A stretch of 63,514 nucleotides of DNA from an uncultured Rikenellaceae bacterium (GTDB taxonomy: Bacteria; Bacteroidota; Bacteroidia; Bacteroidales; VadinHA17), in NCBI GenBank assembly GCA_964611835.1, contig CAZTDW010000004.1:1-63514 (forward strand), read 5' to 3'. The notes below the pieces were generated by a model, which did not search any database, had not been told where the DNA came from, and saw nothing but the letters and a program-made list of their open reading frames with translations. This document shows, one piece after another, positions 37,334-48,099 of this stretch; position 1 is the first letter of the stretch; each line of letters opens with the position of its first letter. A program made the position numbers and the translations under genes.

Positions 37334-38602
37334 CTACCTTTTATTCTCAATTCTGTAAATATGAGTATCCGAACGAATGAAAAGAGAATTTTCAGAAACC
37401 ACCAGACGGGCAATGAATTTACCTTCAAGTTTATTTTCTGACACTATCTGAAATTTTTTATCGGCCTTTATAACAGTTGTAACGCCATCCATGTCAGTTA
37501 AAAAAATGTTGCCTTCAATAGAGGCAGGAGCAAAGTTAAAACTATAGCTGCCCTGTAATTTTTCTTTCCAGATTAACTTTCCTGTTTTTGCATCCAGGCA
37601 GGATAAGATCCCCTTTTCATTAATCATAAATATCATTCCGTTTGAGATGACAGGGGTTGAGATACCGGGAACATTTTCAGAGAATTTCCATATAACGTTT
37701 GTAGTAGTAACGTCTCCTTTACCATCGGGCCGTACCGCCCAGAGCTCCTTATTGCTATTTCCGGTATTGATATATACAATTCCATTCCAGAAGAGCGGAT
37801 TCGAGATAGTTCCATCACCTCCGGGATAGGTGACACGCCATATTTCTTTACCGGTTTCAGGTTCCAAAACCTGACAGAGCTGTGATGACTGACTTATCAG
37901 CTGATCTTTCCCGTTTAAATGGATGATTATGGGTGTACTATGTGATTTGCGCCAGTCTTCCCTCAGATCCTTATAGAACTCAGGAGGACGATTGACCTCC
38001 CATACTGTAGCTCCTGTCGTTCTGTTGAGAGCAATTATTTTATGTGACTCACCTGCATCATGCTGAAGAATCAGAAGATCTTTAAAGATTACTGGAGATG
38101 ATGCAGGGCCATGCGGTATATTTTCCGTACTTACATCAATCCTTTTCCAGATTATTCCGCCTGATCGTACCTCAATACAAACTGTGCCATAAGGTCCGAA
38201 CTCTGCATAGAGATACCCATCCGCGGCGACAGGGGAGGGTGTGGCATAAGTGTTTGTTTCGTTTTTCCAGTTGACCTTCTTATTTTCAAGTACCGGGATA
38301 TCATGAATAATCTTTCCGGATTCCTTGCTGACACAGACTGCATACATTTTTTTGCCATCCTCAGTAGCCGTGGTAAGCCAGATCTGATCTCCAAGTATCA
38401 GGGGAGTTGACCAGCCTTTTCCATGAATCCCGGTTTTCCATTTAATGTTCTGGGTTTCGCTCCATTTTGTTGCAATGCTTACATTTGCACTGGAAGATGA
38501 AGTACTATAATCTGCATAATTATTCGGTGCATTACATGTAAGCAAAGAACCCGCCTGAAGCAGAATAAAGAAAATCACTGAAAGCCTTTTTAATTGATTC
38601 AT
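37334..38602 (-). CDS. PQQ-like beta-propeller repeat protein (BamB-like fold), secreted
   Basis: Signal peptide and repeated ...G..(I/V)W(K/R/E).. blade motifs across 422 aa. Confidence 0.65.
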   Translation of the reverse strand: MNQLKRLSVIFFILLQAGSLLTCNAPNNYADYSTSSSSANVSIATKWSETQNIKWKTGIHGKGWSTPLILGDQIWLTTATEDGKKMYAVCVSKESGKIIHDIPVLENKKVNWKNETNTYATPSPVAADGYLYAEFGPYGTVCIEVRSGGIIWKRIDVSTENIPHGPASSPVIFKDLLILQHDAGESHKIIALNRTTGATVWEVNRPPEFYKDLREDWRKSHSTPIIIHLNGKDQLISQSSQLCQVLEPETGKEIWRVTYPGGDGTISNPLFWNGIVYINTGNSNKELWAVRPDGKGDVTTTNVIWKFSENVPGISTPVISNGMIFMINEKGILSCLDAKTGKLIWKEKLQGSYSFNFAPASIEGNIFLTDMDGVTTVIKADKKFQIVSENKLEGKFIARLVVSENSLFIRSDTHIYRIENKR

Positions 38603-38777
38603 ACTTTTATCTGGTTTAATTGTCAGGTATTCATTCCTGTCGAAATTGTGTCTTCAGGATGATCCGGAATATGGCTAATATAATCATTAGTTGATTTGAC
38701 AACATATCCTGTACAAACAGGAAATGTACAAATTGCATTAAAAACCGGAATCATATCGTCATTAAAATCCGAATATC

Positions 38778-39047
38778 ATGAAACCACTAAAAATTATTCT
38801 GGTCCTCACAGGCTTCTTATCTTATCTTCCATTATATGCACAGGATGAATCTGAAGCTGACCAACCACAGGAAAAGCTGCAATCATACACCAGGTATGAT
38901 TTTATTGCCGGGGATAAAGGATTTTCAGTTGTTGTGTCCACTGATGGCTGGAAGGCTGAAAACCGGTTCCGCTTTACCATGTGGGGACAACCCGGCCGGA
39001 AATGGTCAGCCTGTAAGGATTTTGCGGAACCACGGCTATGTTTTTAA
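38778..39047 (+). CDS. Small secreted hypothetical protein, possibly a truncated gene fragment
   Basis: Clear signal peptide (LSYLPLYAQ), but the sequence becomes low-complexity or unrecognisable after about 45 aa. Confidence 0.3.
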   Translation: MKPLKIILVLTGFLSYLPLYAQDESEADQPQEKLQSYTRYDFIAGDKGFSVVVSTDGWKAENRFRFTMWGQPGRKWSACKDFAEPRLCF

Positions 39048-39219
39048 GAGACTCAGATGCTGAAAAGATTTATACGGATAATCTTTAGCATTAAAAAATA
39101 AGTTCATCAAACCTGTCTTATTGGCAAACAATATCTTTCTCACATTGTTTAATTAAAGACACAACTTTTCTACTGCATAACCTTTATTCAATTATTAACC
39201 CTTTTTATCCTTTCAAGAA

Positions 39220-39960
39220 ATGTTCTTATTTACAAATTTATTTAAACAGTCAGAAATTAATGTTAAATCTTTACCAAGAACTGAGGACAGGAACTTCCGC
39301 ATTCCATTGATTGGGGAGAGGGCACCTTCATTTACAGCTGAATCAACAGCAGGGACCATCAATTTTCCTATGGATTACGGAAGCAGCTGGAAGATAATTT
39401 TTAGTCACCCTATGGACTTTACTCCTGTTTGCTCAACCGAATTGATTGAATTGGCAAAACTTCAGGATGAATTCGAAAATCTTGATGTTAAATTATTAGC
39501 AGTTTCGACAGATCCGCTTGAAATACATAGGCAATGGAAAAAAGCTCTTGAACAGATTCAGTATAAACAATATCCACGACAAAAACTTGATTTTCCCATC
39601 GTAGATGATACTAACCTGATTATTGCAAAGTTATATGGGATGATCCATCTTGAATCAAACAACAACAGGGATGTGAGGGGTGTATTCATTGTTGATCCCA
39701 ATAACAAGATCAGATCAGAAGTCTTTTACCCGCAGGAGGTAGGACGAAATATGAATGAGATTCTCAGAACGATCATAGCTCTTCAGACAGCAGACAGGGA
39801 CAATGTAATGACACCTGCCAACTGGACAAAGGGAAACGATGTGTTAATACCATTTCCTTTAAAGGCTGATATGTCAGCAATGAATAAAGAATCAGGAGAG
39901 TATTATCAATATTCATGGTTTTTAATTTTTAAAAAGATAATTGGAGCAAGCCAGAAATAA
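39220..39960 (+). CDS. Peroxiredoxin (1-Cys/Prx6-like)
   Basis: Active-site motif FSHPMDFTPVCSTE. 246 aa. Confidence 0.85.
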   Translation: MFLFTNLFKQSEINVKSLPRTEDRNFRIPLIGERAPSFTAESTAGTINFPMDYGSSWKIIFSHPMDFTPVCSTELIELAKLQDEFENLDVKLLAVSTDPLEIHRQWKKALEQIQYKQYPRQKLDFPIVDDTNLIIAKLYGMIHLESNNNRDVRGVFIVDPNNKIRSEVFYPQEVGRNMNEILRTIIALQTADRDNVMTPANWTKGNDVLIPFPLKADMSAMNKESGEYYQYSWFLIFKKIIGASQK

Positions 39961-40165
39961 GAGGTAATAGTTTTGTCCTGCTTTGGTATGTGCTCTGACT
40001 GAATTAGCCTGTGATCTTAAACGCTCTCTGCCTGGAGTTATTTGACCGTCTCCCGCCGGTTGTATATATCTGTTGACATGCAGATTATGATCTTGAACCC
40101 GGTGCCCCTTGAAGTGGTCAATAATTCAGGCTTTTGCAATGGAATATACGAAGAGCCGCCGGATC

Positions 40166-42430
40166 CTACCTGGGCCAGATAAATGTATAGGTATACTTAA
40201 TAGAAATAAGGGTTTTGTTCATTAAAGGAAGTTCAGGATACTCCCGTTTTAGATTGGTATTATAATCACCGTTATACACTATATAAAGATCATTTCCTTC
40301 GCGTGGATTCCACCGGAACCTGATATTATTGACGCCGAATTTTTCACTGCTGCTGTACTGGAAGAACATCAGCAGCGAAAGTTTAGTGGTAAAGGTATAT
40401 TCAGATTTGAACCTGACCAGATGAGATCTGAAATGCTGATCACGGTCCCGGATATCAACCTGGCTGTACCGGTAGGTTAATCCAAGATTAAGATTTGAAG
40501 AAATCCTGAAATTAACCTGAGCGGGAGTAAGGTCGATATATGTACCATCGTAATATTCTCCCATGGTTATCATGTAATTAAAGGATATTAACCTGTTCGT
40601 AGGGGTGTTGAAACCTGTTTCGAAATTAAAATAATTATAAGATCCCACCGGGAAAAAGACATTATCCGACAAGTCGAACTGTTTTGTAAGGTAGTCCTGG
40701 TGCCAGAAGAGGTCAAGCCAGCCACCATATCCATTTTTAAAGGTGAAATTATACCCGACTGAATATGTCGAAAGAAATGTCCTCCAGTCTTCATTGGTCT
40801 TGTTGATAAATGCCCAGACCATTAAATACTGCCTGAGCAATTTTTTATTTTCATTATTGTAAACCCATCCGTAGCCTGTCTGACCATAGAACTGGGTATA
40901 GTTCTCCATTTGTTCAAAGCCCATCTGGGGATCATAATGTTCCCCTGACCGTGCAAAAGTAAAATCATAGTTCAGGCCGACCGTTGCCCGGTTCTGCCAG
41001 TCAAAATTGAACTTGGAATGATTCAGCGGGTTTCCTGTAAATGGTACGCTGTTATCGAAGGTATGAACATAGCTCGTGGTTATATAATTATTTTTAAATG
41101 GGTTTAAAATAATGTCTGCTGCCGTATTGATGTTGTAATTACCCATTGCGTCAATTTTACTCGTTACCATCCCCCCGGCATAGCTGGATTCATTAAAAAC
41201 CTGTTTTCTCAGCCTTAATACTCCATGATTCGCAGAATATAAATGAGTTACTGAATCGATATCCTGATCAGTGTAATCAAAAGCTTTAGTCTGCATATCA
41301 AGAAAGCCAAGATCCCATTTACCTGCCCTTCCGACAATCCTGGCTCCCCCTATTATCGGAACAATTTCTCCCTCGTATAATCCGATACGCCGGCTGTAAA
41401 ATACCTGATCGAGATAACCGGTATGTATGTTAAAAATGCTGGAACGCTCCACAAAGAACTGCCTCTTTTCAGGGAAAAAAAGTGAAAACCGGGTAAGGTT
41501 AACCATTTGGTCGTCAACTTCAACCTGGGCAAAATCGGTGTTCAGAGTAAGATCGGCCGTAATATTGCTGGTCAGTGAATATTTTACATCAAGGCCGGCA
41601 TTGAATTTGGGATTGCTATTAGCCTTATATGCAGTAGCTGTCTCATTTAGGTCGTGTGATTGTTCAAGGCTTCCGAGTGCATATGGTTTAATATAGACCG
41701 GGTTTTTCCTTTTTATTCCTTTTAAGATAATTTTATGAGCCTGTGAAGGTTTCCAGACTCCGAAGTTGCCGAATTCATTGCTTATAACGGGAAAGTTAAC
41801 CCATTCCTGTTTGCTTGAAATCTGCCGCCAGACTGACATTCCCATTGTCACCCTGCCGTTGGTTTCCTGGAAGCGCAGGCTGGAAAAAGGAATGCGGAAT
41901 TCTATATGCCATACATTACCGGTTATACTGGTTCTTACATCCCAGAAGGTATCCCAGCTTCTGTTATAAGGCATCATTCCCAAAGGTACCTGGGCATCGT
42001 TATCGATCGTAAAATCCGATCTCAGTCCCGAGGGATTGGTCTCAAAGCATAAGGCGTTTTCATTGTCATTGAAAGTGTCGAGCAGGATACCGAAATTATC
42101 GCTGCCACCGTCGGCGCCATCCCTTTTTTTTGTAGTTGACCGTATTGTACTTCCGTTTTGATAGTACAGCCTGGCTCCGACATAGAAATGCTCATCATCA
42201 AAGGTTACGAATATATCCGATCTTTCTGACGGCTTGCTGCCATGATTGGGCTTGAACATGGTCATTGGGATTTTGGAAAGGCTGTCCCAGAACGGTTCAT
42301 TACATATACCGTCGAAATCAATTTTACCGGTCATCTTTTGGATTTCAAGGTAGTTTTCACCAGCCTGCCCTGAAACATTTGTGATCGCGGCAGAAATTAA
42401 TAATAGTAAAGCAAGAATATGTTTATTCAA
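40166..42430 (-). CDS. CBM9-like / DUF5916 domain outer-membrane-type protein
   Basis: Signal peptide. N-terminal IDFDGICNEPFWD...FYVGARLY is CBM9-like. A long beta-rich C-terminus ends in an aromatic residue. 754 aa. Confidence 0.6.
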   Translation of the reverse strand: MNKHILALLLLISAAITNVSGQAGENYLEIQKMTGKIDFDGICNEPFWDSLSKIPMTMFKPNHGSKPSERSDIFVTFDDEHFYVGARLYYQNGSTIRSTTKKRDGADGGSDNFGILLDTFNDNENALCFETNPSGLRSDFTIDNDAQVPLGMMPYNRSWDTFWDVRTSITGNVWHIEFRIPFSSLRFQETNGRVTMGMSVWRQISSKQEWVNFPVISNEFGNFGVWKPSQAHKIILKGIKRKNPVYIKPYALGSLEQSHDLNETATAYKANSNPKFNAGLDVKYSLTSNITADLTLNTDFAQVEVDDQMVNLTRFSLFFPEKRQFFVERSSIFNIHTGYLDQVFYSRRIGLYEGEIVPIIGGARIVGRAGKWDLGFLDMQTKAFDYTDQDIDSVTHLYSANHGVLRLRKQVFNESSYAGGMVTSKIDAMGNYNINTAADIILNPFKNNYITTSYVHTFDNSVPFTGNPLNHSKFNFDWQNRATVGLNYDFTFARSGEHYDPQMGFEQMENYTQFYGQTGYGWVYNNENKKLLRQYLMVWAFINKTNEDWRTFLSTYSVGYNFTFKNGYGGWLDLFWHQDYLTKQFDLSDNVFFPVGSYNYFNFETGFNTPTNRLISFNYMITMGEYYDGTYIDLTPAQVNFRISSNLNLGLTYRYSQVDIRDRDQHFRSHLVRFKSEYTFTTKLSLLMFFQYSSSEKFGVNNIRFRWNPREGNDLYIVYNGDYNTNLKREYPELPLMNKTLISIKYTYTFIWPR

Positions 42431-42527
42431 TACTGTCCTTATTCATTTAAATTTTGGTTAAGATATCAGAACCACGCAGCTTTGCAAAAGAATTTCATTC
42501 TTAATTTCAGCTGTATATGATTTATTT

Positions 42528-43874
42528 CTATGTTCCAGCCTCATAAGCAATTCCGGCGACTGGAACTGCTTTAGGGATATTAACAGGACCAAATGCCAGT
42601 ACTTCAGGACCCAGTTTCATATCTGAGTTCATCATCTCTTCGTAAGTAACCTCCTTTCCTGTATATGCGGATACGCGCCCCATGATTGCCACAAGGGTAG
42701 CGACAGCTGTATTTTCTATTTCGTTCAGAACTTTCCCTGACCGGATAGCCGTTACAAAGGTTATCTGCTCCTGCAGATGAGGCTCAACACTTACGCTATT
42801 TAACGGTTTACCGTCTTTATCTAAGGGGTATTCATATTTCCATATTTCATTTCCTGAAAGGTCAAGAATTGTATTGTTGCAATCTGTAGAGCCTTTGGTT
42901 CCCTGTATCCTGTCGGAGACATTTGGCGAGCAGCCATTTATCTGACGGCACATACTGTGGAAATGCATTCCATTCTCAAATGTATAATCAACGCTGAAAT
43001 TGTCATATTGGTCACCTGTGACACGGCGTAACCTTGAGCCAAATCCTGTAGCCTTAACGGGATGCATTCCGGTAAACCAGTTCATCAGGTCAATATTATG
43101 AACATGTTGTTCCACAATATGATCACCTGAAAGCCAGCACCAGTTGACCCAGTCGCGGATCATATATTCCATCTCGCTCCAGTCGGGATCTGGATCGCGG
43201 TGCCAAAGCTTACCCATATTAAAGTAGATATTTCCGCCCACAATCTCCCCTATAGCTCCGTTTGACACCTGCTCCCAGGCTGCAGCCTTGTCGCGCTGAT
43301 GGCGATAATGTGTACCCGGAACAATACAAAGATCCATTCCTTTAGCTTTCTGTGCAGTAGCCATTATCGACCTGACACCAACCGGATCAACAGCAACAGG
43401 TTTTTCAGCAAAAATATGTTTCCTGGCCTCAACAGCGGCTGCAAGATGTTTAGGTCTGAAATAGGGCGGGGTGCAATCAAGGATAATATCTACACCTGAA
43501 TCTATCACTTTCTGATAGGCATCAAAGCCTGTAAAGCAATTCTCAACCGGCACTTCCTGTCCATTTGCTTTCAGAATCTGTGCTCTGCAGTTTTCTACCC
43601 GGTCCTGGAAAGTATCCCCAAGCGCAACAATCTGAAGGTTTGGTCCTGCATCAAGAAAATTTATTGCAGCACCTGTTCCCCGTCCTCCGCAGCCGATCAG
43701 TCCGGCCTTAAGAACCGGCCCGTCCGGAGCCTGATCGAGCATGGCAGGTAAAGCTGCTGATTTTTTTGATGTACGTGAACAACCTGAAAGTAATGTCGGA
43801 ACAACAAAACCTAAAGTCCCTGCAGTGGCTGATTTACTGAGAAAATTGCGCCTTGAAATGAGAGATTTTTTCAT
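42528..43874 (-). CDS. Gfo/Idh/MocA-family oxidoreductase with twin-arginine signal
   Basis: TAT motif SRRNFLSKSATAG and Rossmann GLIGCGGRGTGA. 448 aa. Confidence 0.85.
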   Translation of the reverse strand: MKKSLISRRNFLSKSATAGTLGFVVPTLLSGCSRTSKKSAALPAMLDQAPDGPVLKAGLIGCGGRGTGAAINFLDAGPNLQIVALGDTFQDRVENCRAQILKANGQEVPVENCFTGFDAYQKVIDSGVDIILDCTPPYFRPKHLAAAVEARKHIFAEKPVAVDPVGVRSIMATAQKAKGMDLCIVPGTHYRHQRDKAAAWEQVSNGAIGEIVGGNIYFNMGKLWHRDPDPDWSEMEYMIRDWVNWCWLSGDHIVEQHVHNIDLMNWFTGMHPVKATGFGSRLRRVTGDQYDNFSVDYTFENGMHFHSMCRQINGCSPNVSDRIQGTKGSTDCNNTILDLSGNEIWKYEYPLDKDGKPLNSVSVEPHLQEQITFVTAIRSGKVLNEIENTAVATLVAIMGRVSAYTGKEVTYEEMMNSDMKLGPEVLAFGPVNIPKAVPVAGIAYEAGT

Positions 43875-44594
43875 GTCTGGTCAGATTTAATGGATAACTA
43901 ATATGATCTAAATTAAGTATTAAAAATCAGATAAGCTAAAGTAGCACGAAACAGAATATCTGTTGTGGTAATAAATAAAGTTCCGGTTAATCTCAAAATA
44001 AGGATCATTGAAAGTAAAAATCCCTTCCTTAATATTTAATTTTCATCTTTTTATAAGGAATGGGAAGATTAAGGTGTTCTAATGAACACTTCCATTGAAG
44101 GGTACACGGCATTTTTCAATGCAATGTTGAGTGAAATTGCCATTCATCCTGATCACTCTCCGCCGGAGTTAATTGACCACATCACGCCTGGTATATAACT
44201 GGTATCATGCCAATGATGTTTTTGACCTTCAGACCGGCCAGAAGTGGTCGGAGGTTCCTGCTTTTGCAGTTTAGGTATAAACCTATTATTTCAACTCCTG
44301 ATTAGTCATAAATTGCCGGGAGAATTTCCCAGTCTGACAACCGGCCGGTTTAAGATAAAGGAACTTTAATGAACAATAATTGTTTACCATACAGAACGAT
44401 TACTTTAAAAATGGCTGGATTCAATGCTGTACGGTACTTTTAATAGTTACAATGGAAGGCTTTTAGAGAAAAGTTAGAAAACGAACTTCCTTACCAGCGT
44501 ATACAATATTGATTTTATGATGAATGAATCTGAGATATTTCAGTAGCCTAAAGTAATTAATTGAACTGAGTCTGGAACAAGAAAAACATATATA

Positions 44595-45266
44595 ATGGGA
44601 TCACATACAGTAAAAATTATAACATCCGGCCACATTACCCGTGACACACTTCAGATATTTACTGAAAAGCCTCAGGGCTTGGATTTCACACCCGGGCAAG
44701 CCATAGATATCTCTATTAATAAAGAAGGATGGAAGAATGAAATAAGGCCATTTACATTTACAAGCCTGCCGGATGATGATTATCTTCAGTTTATAATCAA
44801 GACATATCCATCTCACAAGGGAGTCACCAATGAACTCCTTCAGTTACGGAAGAATGATGAATTAATTTTAAATGATGTTTTTGGAGCTATTGAATACAAA
44901 GGTGAAGGGTATTTTATTGCAGGAGGAGCAGGTATAACCCCATTTATTTCCATCTTCAGATATCTAAGGTCGAAAGATGCCATTGGTGGCAACAAGATTA
45001 TTTATGCAAACAAGACCAGGGACGATATTATATTGAAATATGAATTTCAATATTTTCTGGGGAAGAACTTCATTAATATCCTTTCGGATGAATCAGCAGA
45101 AGGATATGCTTACGGGTTTATTACAGAAAATTTCCTTAAAGAACATATAAACGACTTTAACAAGAATATTTATTTGTGCGGACCTCCGCCTATGATGGAT
45201 GCAGTTGAAAAGATTCTGTCAGGTTTAAATGTTGATGAAAGACTGATAATAAAAGAAGCTGTTTAG
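44595..45266 (+). CDS. Ferredoxin-reductase-type FAD/NAD(P)-binding oxidoreductase
   Basis: FAD motif RPFTFTS, NAD motif GGAGITP and C-terminal CGPPPM. 223 aa. Confidence 0.75.
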   Translation: MGSHTVKIITSGHITRDTLQIFTEKPQGLDFTPGQAIDISINKEGWKNEIRPFTFTSLPDDDYLQFIIKTYPSHKGVTNELLQLRKNDELILNDVFGAIEYKGEGYFIAGGAGITPFISIFRYLRSKDAIGGNKIIYANKTRDDIILKYEFQYFLGKNFINILSDESAEGYAYGFITENFLKEHINDFNKNIYLCGPPPMMDAVEKILSGLNVDERLIIKEAV

Positions 45267-45377
45267 GACAGTCCGTTATTAAATGCAACCAATATCCGGT
45301 AGTGCCGGACATAGTTGAAAGGGGGGATCATCCAAATAGGATTTATCAGGCAACAGATCTATATTTCTCTAAGATCC

Positions 45378-46835
45378 TCACCTAGGACCAGACGCCGTCT
45401 TCTTTCGCAAGATATTGACTGCGCATAAATAACCTCCATAAATAGCGCCGGAAAAGCCGCCTCCTGTCCTTCCCCATGCAGAAGCAAAATGAAGATTTTC
45501 AGGTAGTCTGGAAGTATCAGTAAATGTTCTGGAGGGTGTCTGTGCAAATCCATAAACCGCACCTCCGGGATTTAATGTGTAACGTTTGAGAGTTAAAGGA
45601 GTTCCAACCTCGTAGTATTCAATTACCTTTCCAACACCCGGGATCAGCTTTTCAAGCTTTTCAATGAAAACTGAAGCTGCCATTTCCTTTTTAGAAATAT
45701 AATCTTTCCTGTCGAGGCCTTCCCAGTCCTTCAGATAATCTATGCAGCATATTGCTCCGACACTTTTCCCGGAGGGAGCGAGCCTGGAGTCAACCTGACC
45801 ATAATCTACAAAAGTAAAGCTACGCGATCTGAAATCATCCATATTGTTAGTGAGAATATCTTTCTGGGATTTAATAGTACCATCAAAAATAAAAGTCGAG
45901 TAGTTACTATATCCCAGCTCCTTAAGCGGAGTATTGAATCCCAGATAAACTGTCAGCAATGAGGCGCCTGTATTCTGATTATTTATTTCATTTTTAAGCA
46001 CTCTGCCATACTCTCCAGGTAAAAGATCTGCTACATTAGGAATTGCGGTATTTGCAATTATCTCATCAGCTGAGGCCTCAAAATTAACATTTCCACCATC
46101 ATTTTTTCTTTTATAAAAAACACCTGTTAATTTATGATCATCAGTTTTGATGCCTGTAACAAGATGATTTAAGAGAACAACACCGCCATGATTCCTGATA
46201 TAATCAGCCAGGTAATCTGACAACTTCTGGGAGCCCCCTTTGATAAAACTCGCCCCTCCGATATAATATCTTCCCTGTGCTGCCGAGTAGTATGCTAGTG
46301 AAAGAGTGTAGGGATCGTCGTGAAAATATCCAAGATTTCCAAGAAGTATAAGCTTCAGATCTTCATTTGTAATTATTGAGTCAAGAAATTCGCCGAGACT
46401 TTTATCCTGTTCTGCATTCCCAGGGATTTTCTTTTTTGGCTTGATTAGTTGATCAAAATATGCCTTTATGCCGTTTATATCCTGTGGAAAAAGAGCTGAC
46501 AGCTTTTCAGCTGCAACTTCAGGATCATGGGGTATCGTCACGTCGTAATTATTATTAATGAACCTGTAGAATTCATGCAACTTTATAAATTCCACATTCT
46601 TAAATACCTCCAGATCGTTGAATATCCTTGTTTTAATATCCTCAGGTGAGGGTCCGTGCATCTCATGTAATCCCACTTCAAGAATAAAATCTCCTCTTTT
46701 AAATGTTGTTGCGTATCCTCCAGGCCGGTCATGCTGTTCAATGAGAAGTACCTTTTTCCCTTCCCTGGAAAGTTTTGCCCCGGCTGTCAATCCGCCAAGA
46801 CCTGAACCGATAATAATTATGTCATATTTCATCAT
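45378..46835 (-). CDS. NAD(P)/FAD-dependent oxidoreductase, CrtI-like (paralog of 310-1905)
   Basis: YDIIIIGSGLGGLTAGAKLSREGKKVLLIEQHDRPGG. 485 aa. Last gene of a 3-gene operon. Confidence 0.8.
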   Translation of the reverse strand: MMKYDIIIIGSGLGGLTAGAKLSREGKKVLLIEQHDRPGGYATTFKRGDFILEVGLHEMHGPSPEDIKTRIFNDLEVFKNVEFIKLHEFYRFINNNYDVTIPHDPEVAAEKLSALFPQDINGIKAYFDQLIKPKKKIPGNAEQDKSLGEFLDSIITNEDLKLILLGNLGYFHDDPYTLSLAYYSAAQGRYYIGGASFIKGGSQKLSDYLADYIRNHGGVVLLNHLVTGIKTDDHKLTGVFYKRKNDGGNVNFEASADEIIANTAIPNVADLLPGEYGRVLKNEINNQNTGASLLTVYLGFNTPLKELGYSNYSTFIFDGTIKSQKDILTNNMDDFRSRSFTFVDYGQVDSRLAPSGKSVGAICCIDYLKDWEGLDRKDYISKKEMAASVFIEKLEKLIPGVGKVIEYYEVGTPLTLKRYTLNPGGAVYGFAQTPSRTFTDTSRLPENLHFASAWGRTGGGFSGAIYGGYLCAVNILRKKTASGPR

Positions 46836-46899
46836 ATGTTTTTGTTAAAGAGTGATCAAAGTGGTAAAAGTTAAAAGAAATTATTTTTAAATACTGACT

Positions 46900-48072
46900 T
46901 CAATTCCCATATTCGGGAATGGGGTATCGTTTAAATTCTTTTGATCGGTCGAATAGGTACCTGTATGTGATATAGTTCTTAGCCGGCTTGCAGCCGACGG
47001 CAATAAATATTTTTCTCATTTTAGGATTGAAATCTGCAACCCATGAGAATTCTATTTCCGTGTAATGAGGTTTACGCCTGAATACATCTGCCAGGTTATG
47101 AATAAATGCCGATTCAATCCCATGATTCTGATACTGTGGGATAACACCCATCAGCAGGCCTTTTGCCCTTGTCATCGTCTTTCTTTTTTTAAGCCAAAGG
47201 AATTTCAGCATGCTTACAAGATCGAGTCTCCCATTCAGGTGTCTCAGGATTTGATTAAGATCGGGGAACATCAGAAAAATAGCGATCGGCTTACCTTCAA
47301 AATAAGCAATCCAGATGAACTCTTCATCGACAATAGGCTTTGCTTTTTTAAGGGTTGCCCTGATGTATGCCGGCTCAAGAGGTTCAAAATGTTCTTTAAA
47401 AGAGGACCATGCTTCATTGAACACTTCAGCAAAGTCCTTTGTATGTTTTTCTTCTTCTTTCCATGTAAAATGCCGGAATTCGTATCCCGGCTTATTGAGA
47501 ACCCATTCAGCAATTTTACTTAGTCTTTCCGGCAGAGGTTTTGTTATGTCGAGATGAAACCCTTCCATTTTGTAATAGACCTGAAATCCATAAGATTCAA
47601 AAAGAGCCTGATACCAGGGAGGATTATAAGGTACATCGAATGAAGGATGTGTGAAACCGTTTACAAGCAGGCCCCAGTACTTGTCTGTCTCTCCGAAATT
47701 AATGGGGCCATCCATTGCCTCCATTCCTTTCGACTTCAGCCACTCTTTTGCAGTATCAAAAAGAAGGAATGCGGCATCCTTATCATTAACACATTCAAAA
47801 AAACCGATCCCCCCTGTCGGTTGTTCATAAGAATCCGAAAGGTTGAAATCTATGAATGCTGCTATCCTTCCTGCAGGTTTTCCTGAATCATCAGCCAGGA
47901 TCCACCTTTCAGCGGTTCCATGCCTGAAATAAGTGTTTATATTGTGATCGAACACTCCTTTTATATCCTTATCGAGAGGGCATACCCAGGTTTTGTCATT
48001 TTTATTGATAATCCGGGCAGTTTCAAGAAACATACTTTCAGTTTTCCTGTCGGTTACTTTGATAAGGTTCAT
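46900..48072 (-). CDS. GNAT-fold acyltransferase-like protein
   Basis: 390 aa. C-terminal VIPQYQNHGIESAF resembles GNAT motif A. The assignment is tentative. Confidence 0.45.
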   Translation of the reverse strand: MNLIKVTDRKTESMFLETARIINKNDKTWVCPLDKDIKGVFDHNINTYFRHGTAERWILADDSGKPAGRIAAFIDFNLSDSYEQPTGGIGFFECVNDKDAAFLLFDTAKEWLKSKGMEAMDGPINFGETDKYWGLLVNGFTHPSFDVPYNPPWYQALFESYGFQVYYKMEGFHLDITKPLPERLSKIAEWVLNKPGYEFRHFTWKEEEKHTKDFAEVFNEAWSSFKEHFEPLEPAYIRATLKKAKPIVDEEFIWIAYFEGKPIAIFLMFPDLNQILRHLNGRLDLVSMLKFLWLKKRKTMTRAKGLLMGVIPQYQNHGIESAFIHNLADVFRRKPHYTEIEFSWVADFNPKMRKIFIAVGCKPAKNYITYRYLFDRSKEFKRYPIPEYGN

Positions 48073-48099
48073 AAGAACAAAATAAGACGAATTTTTAAA

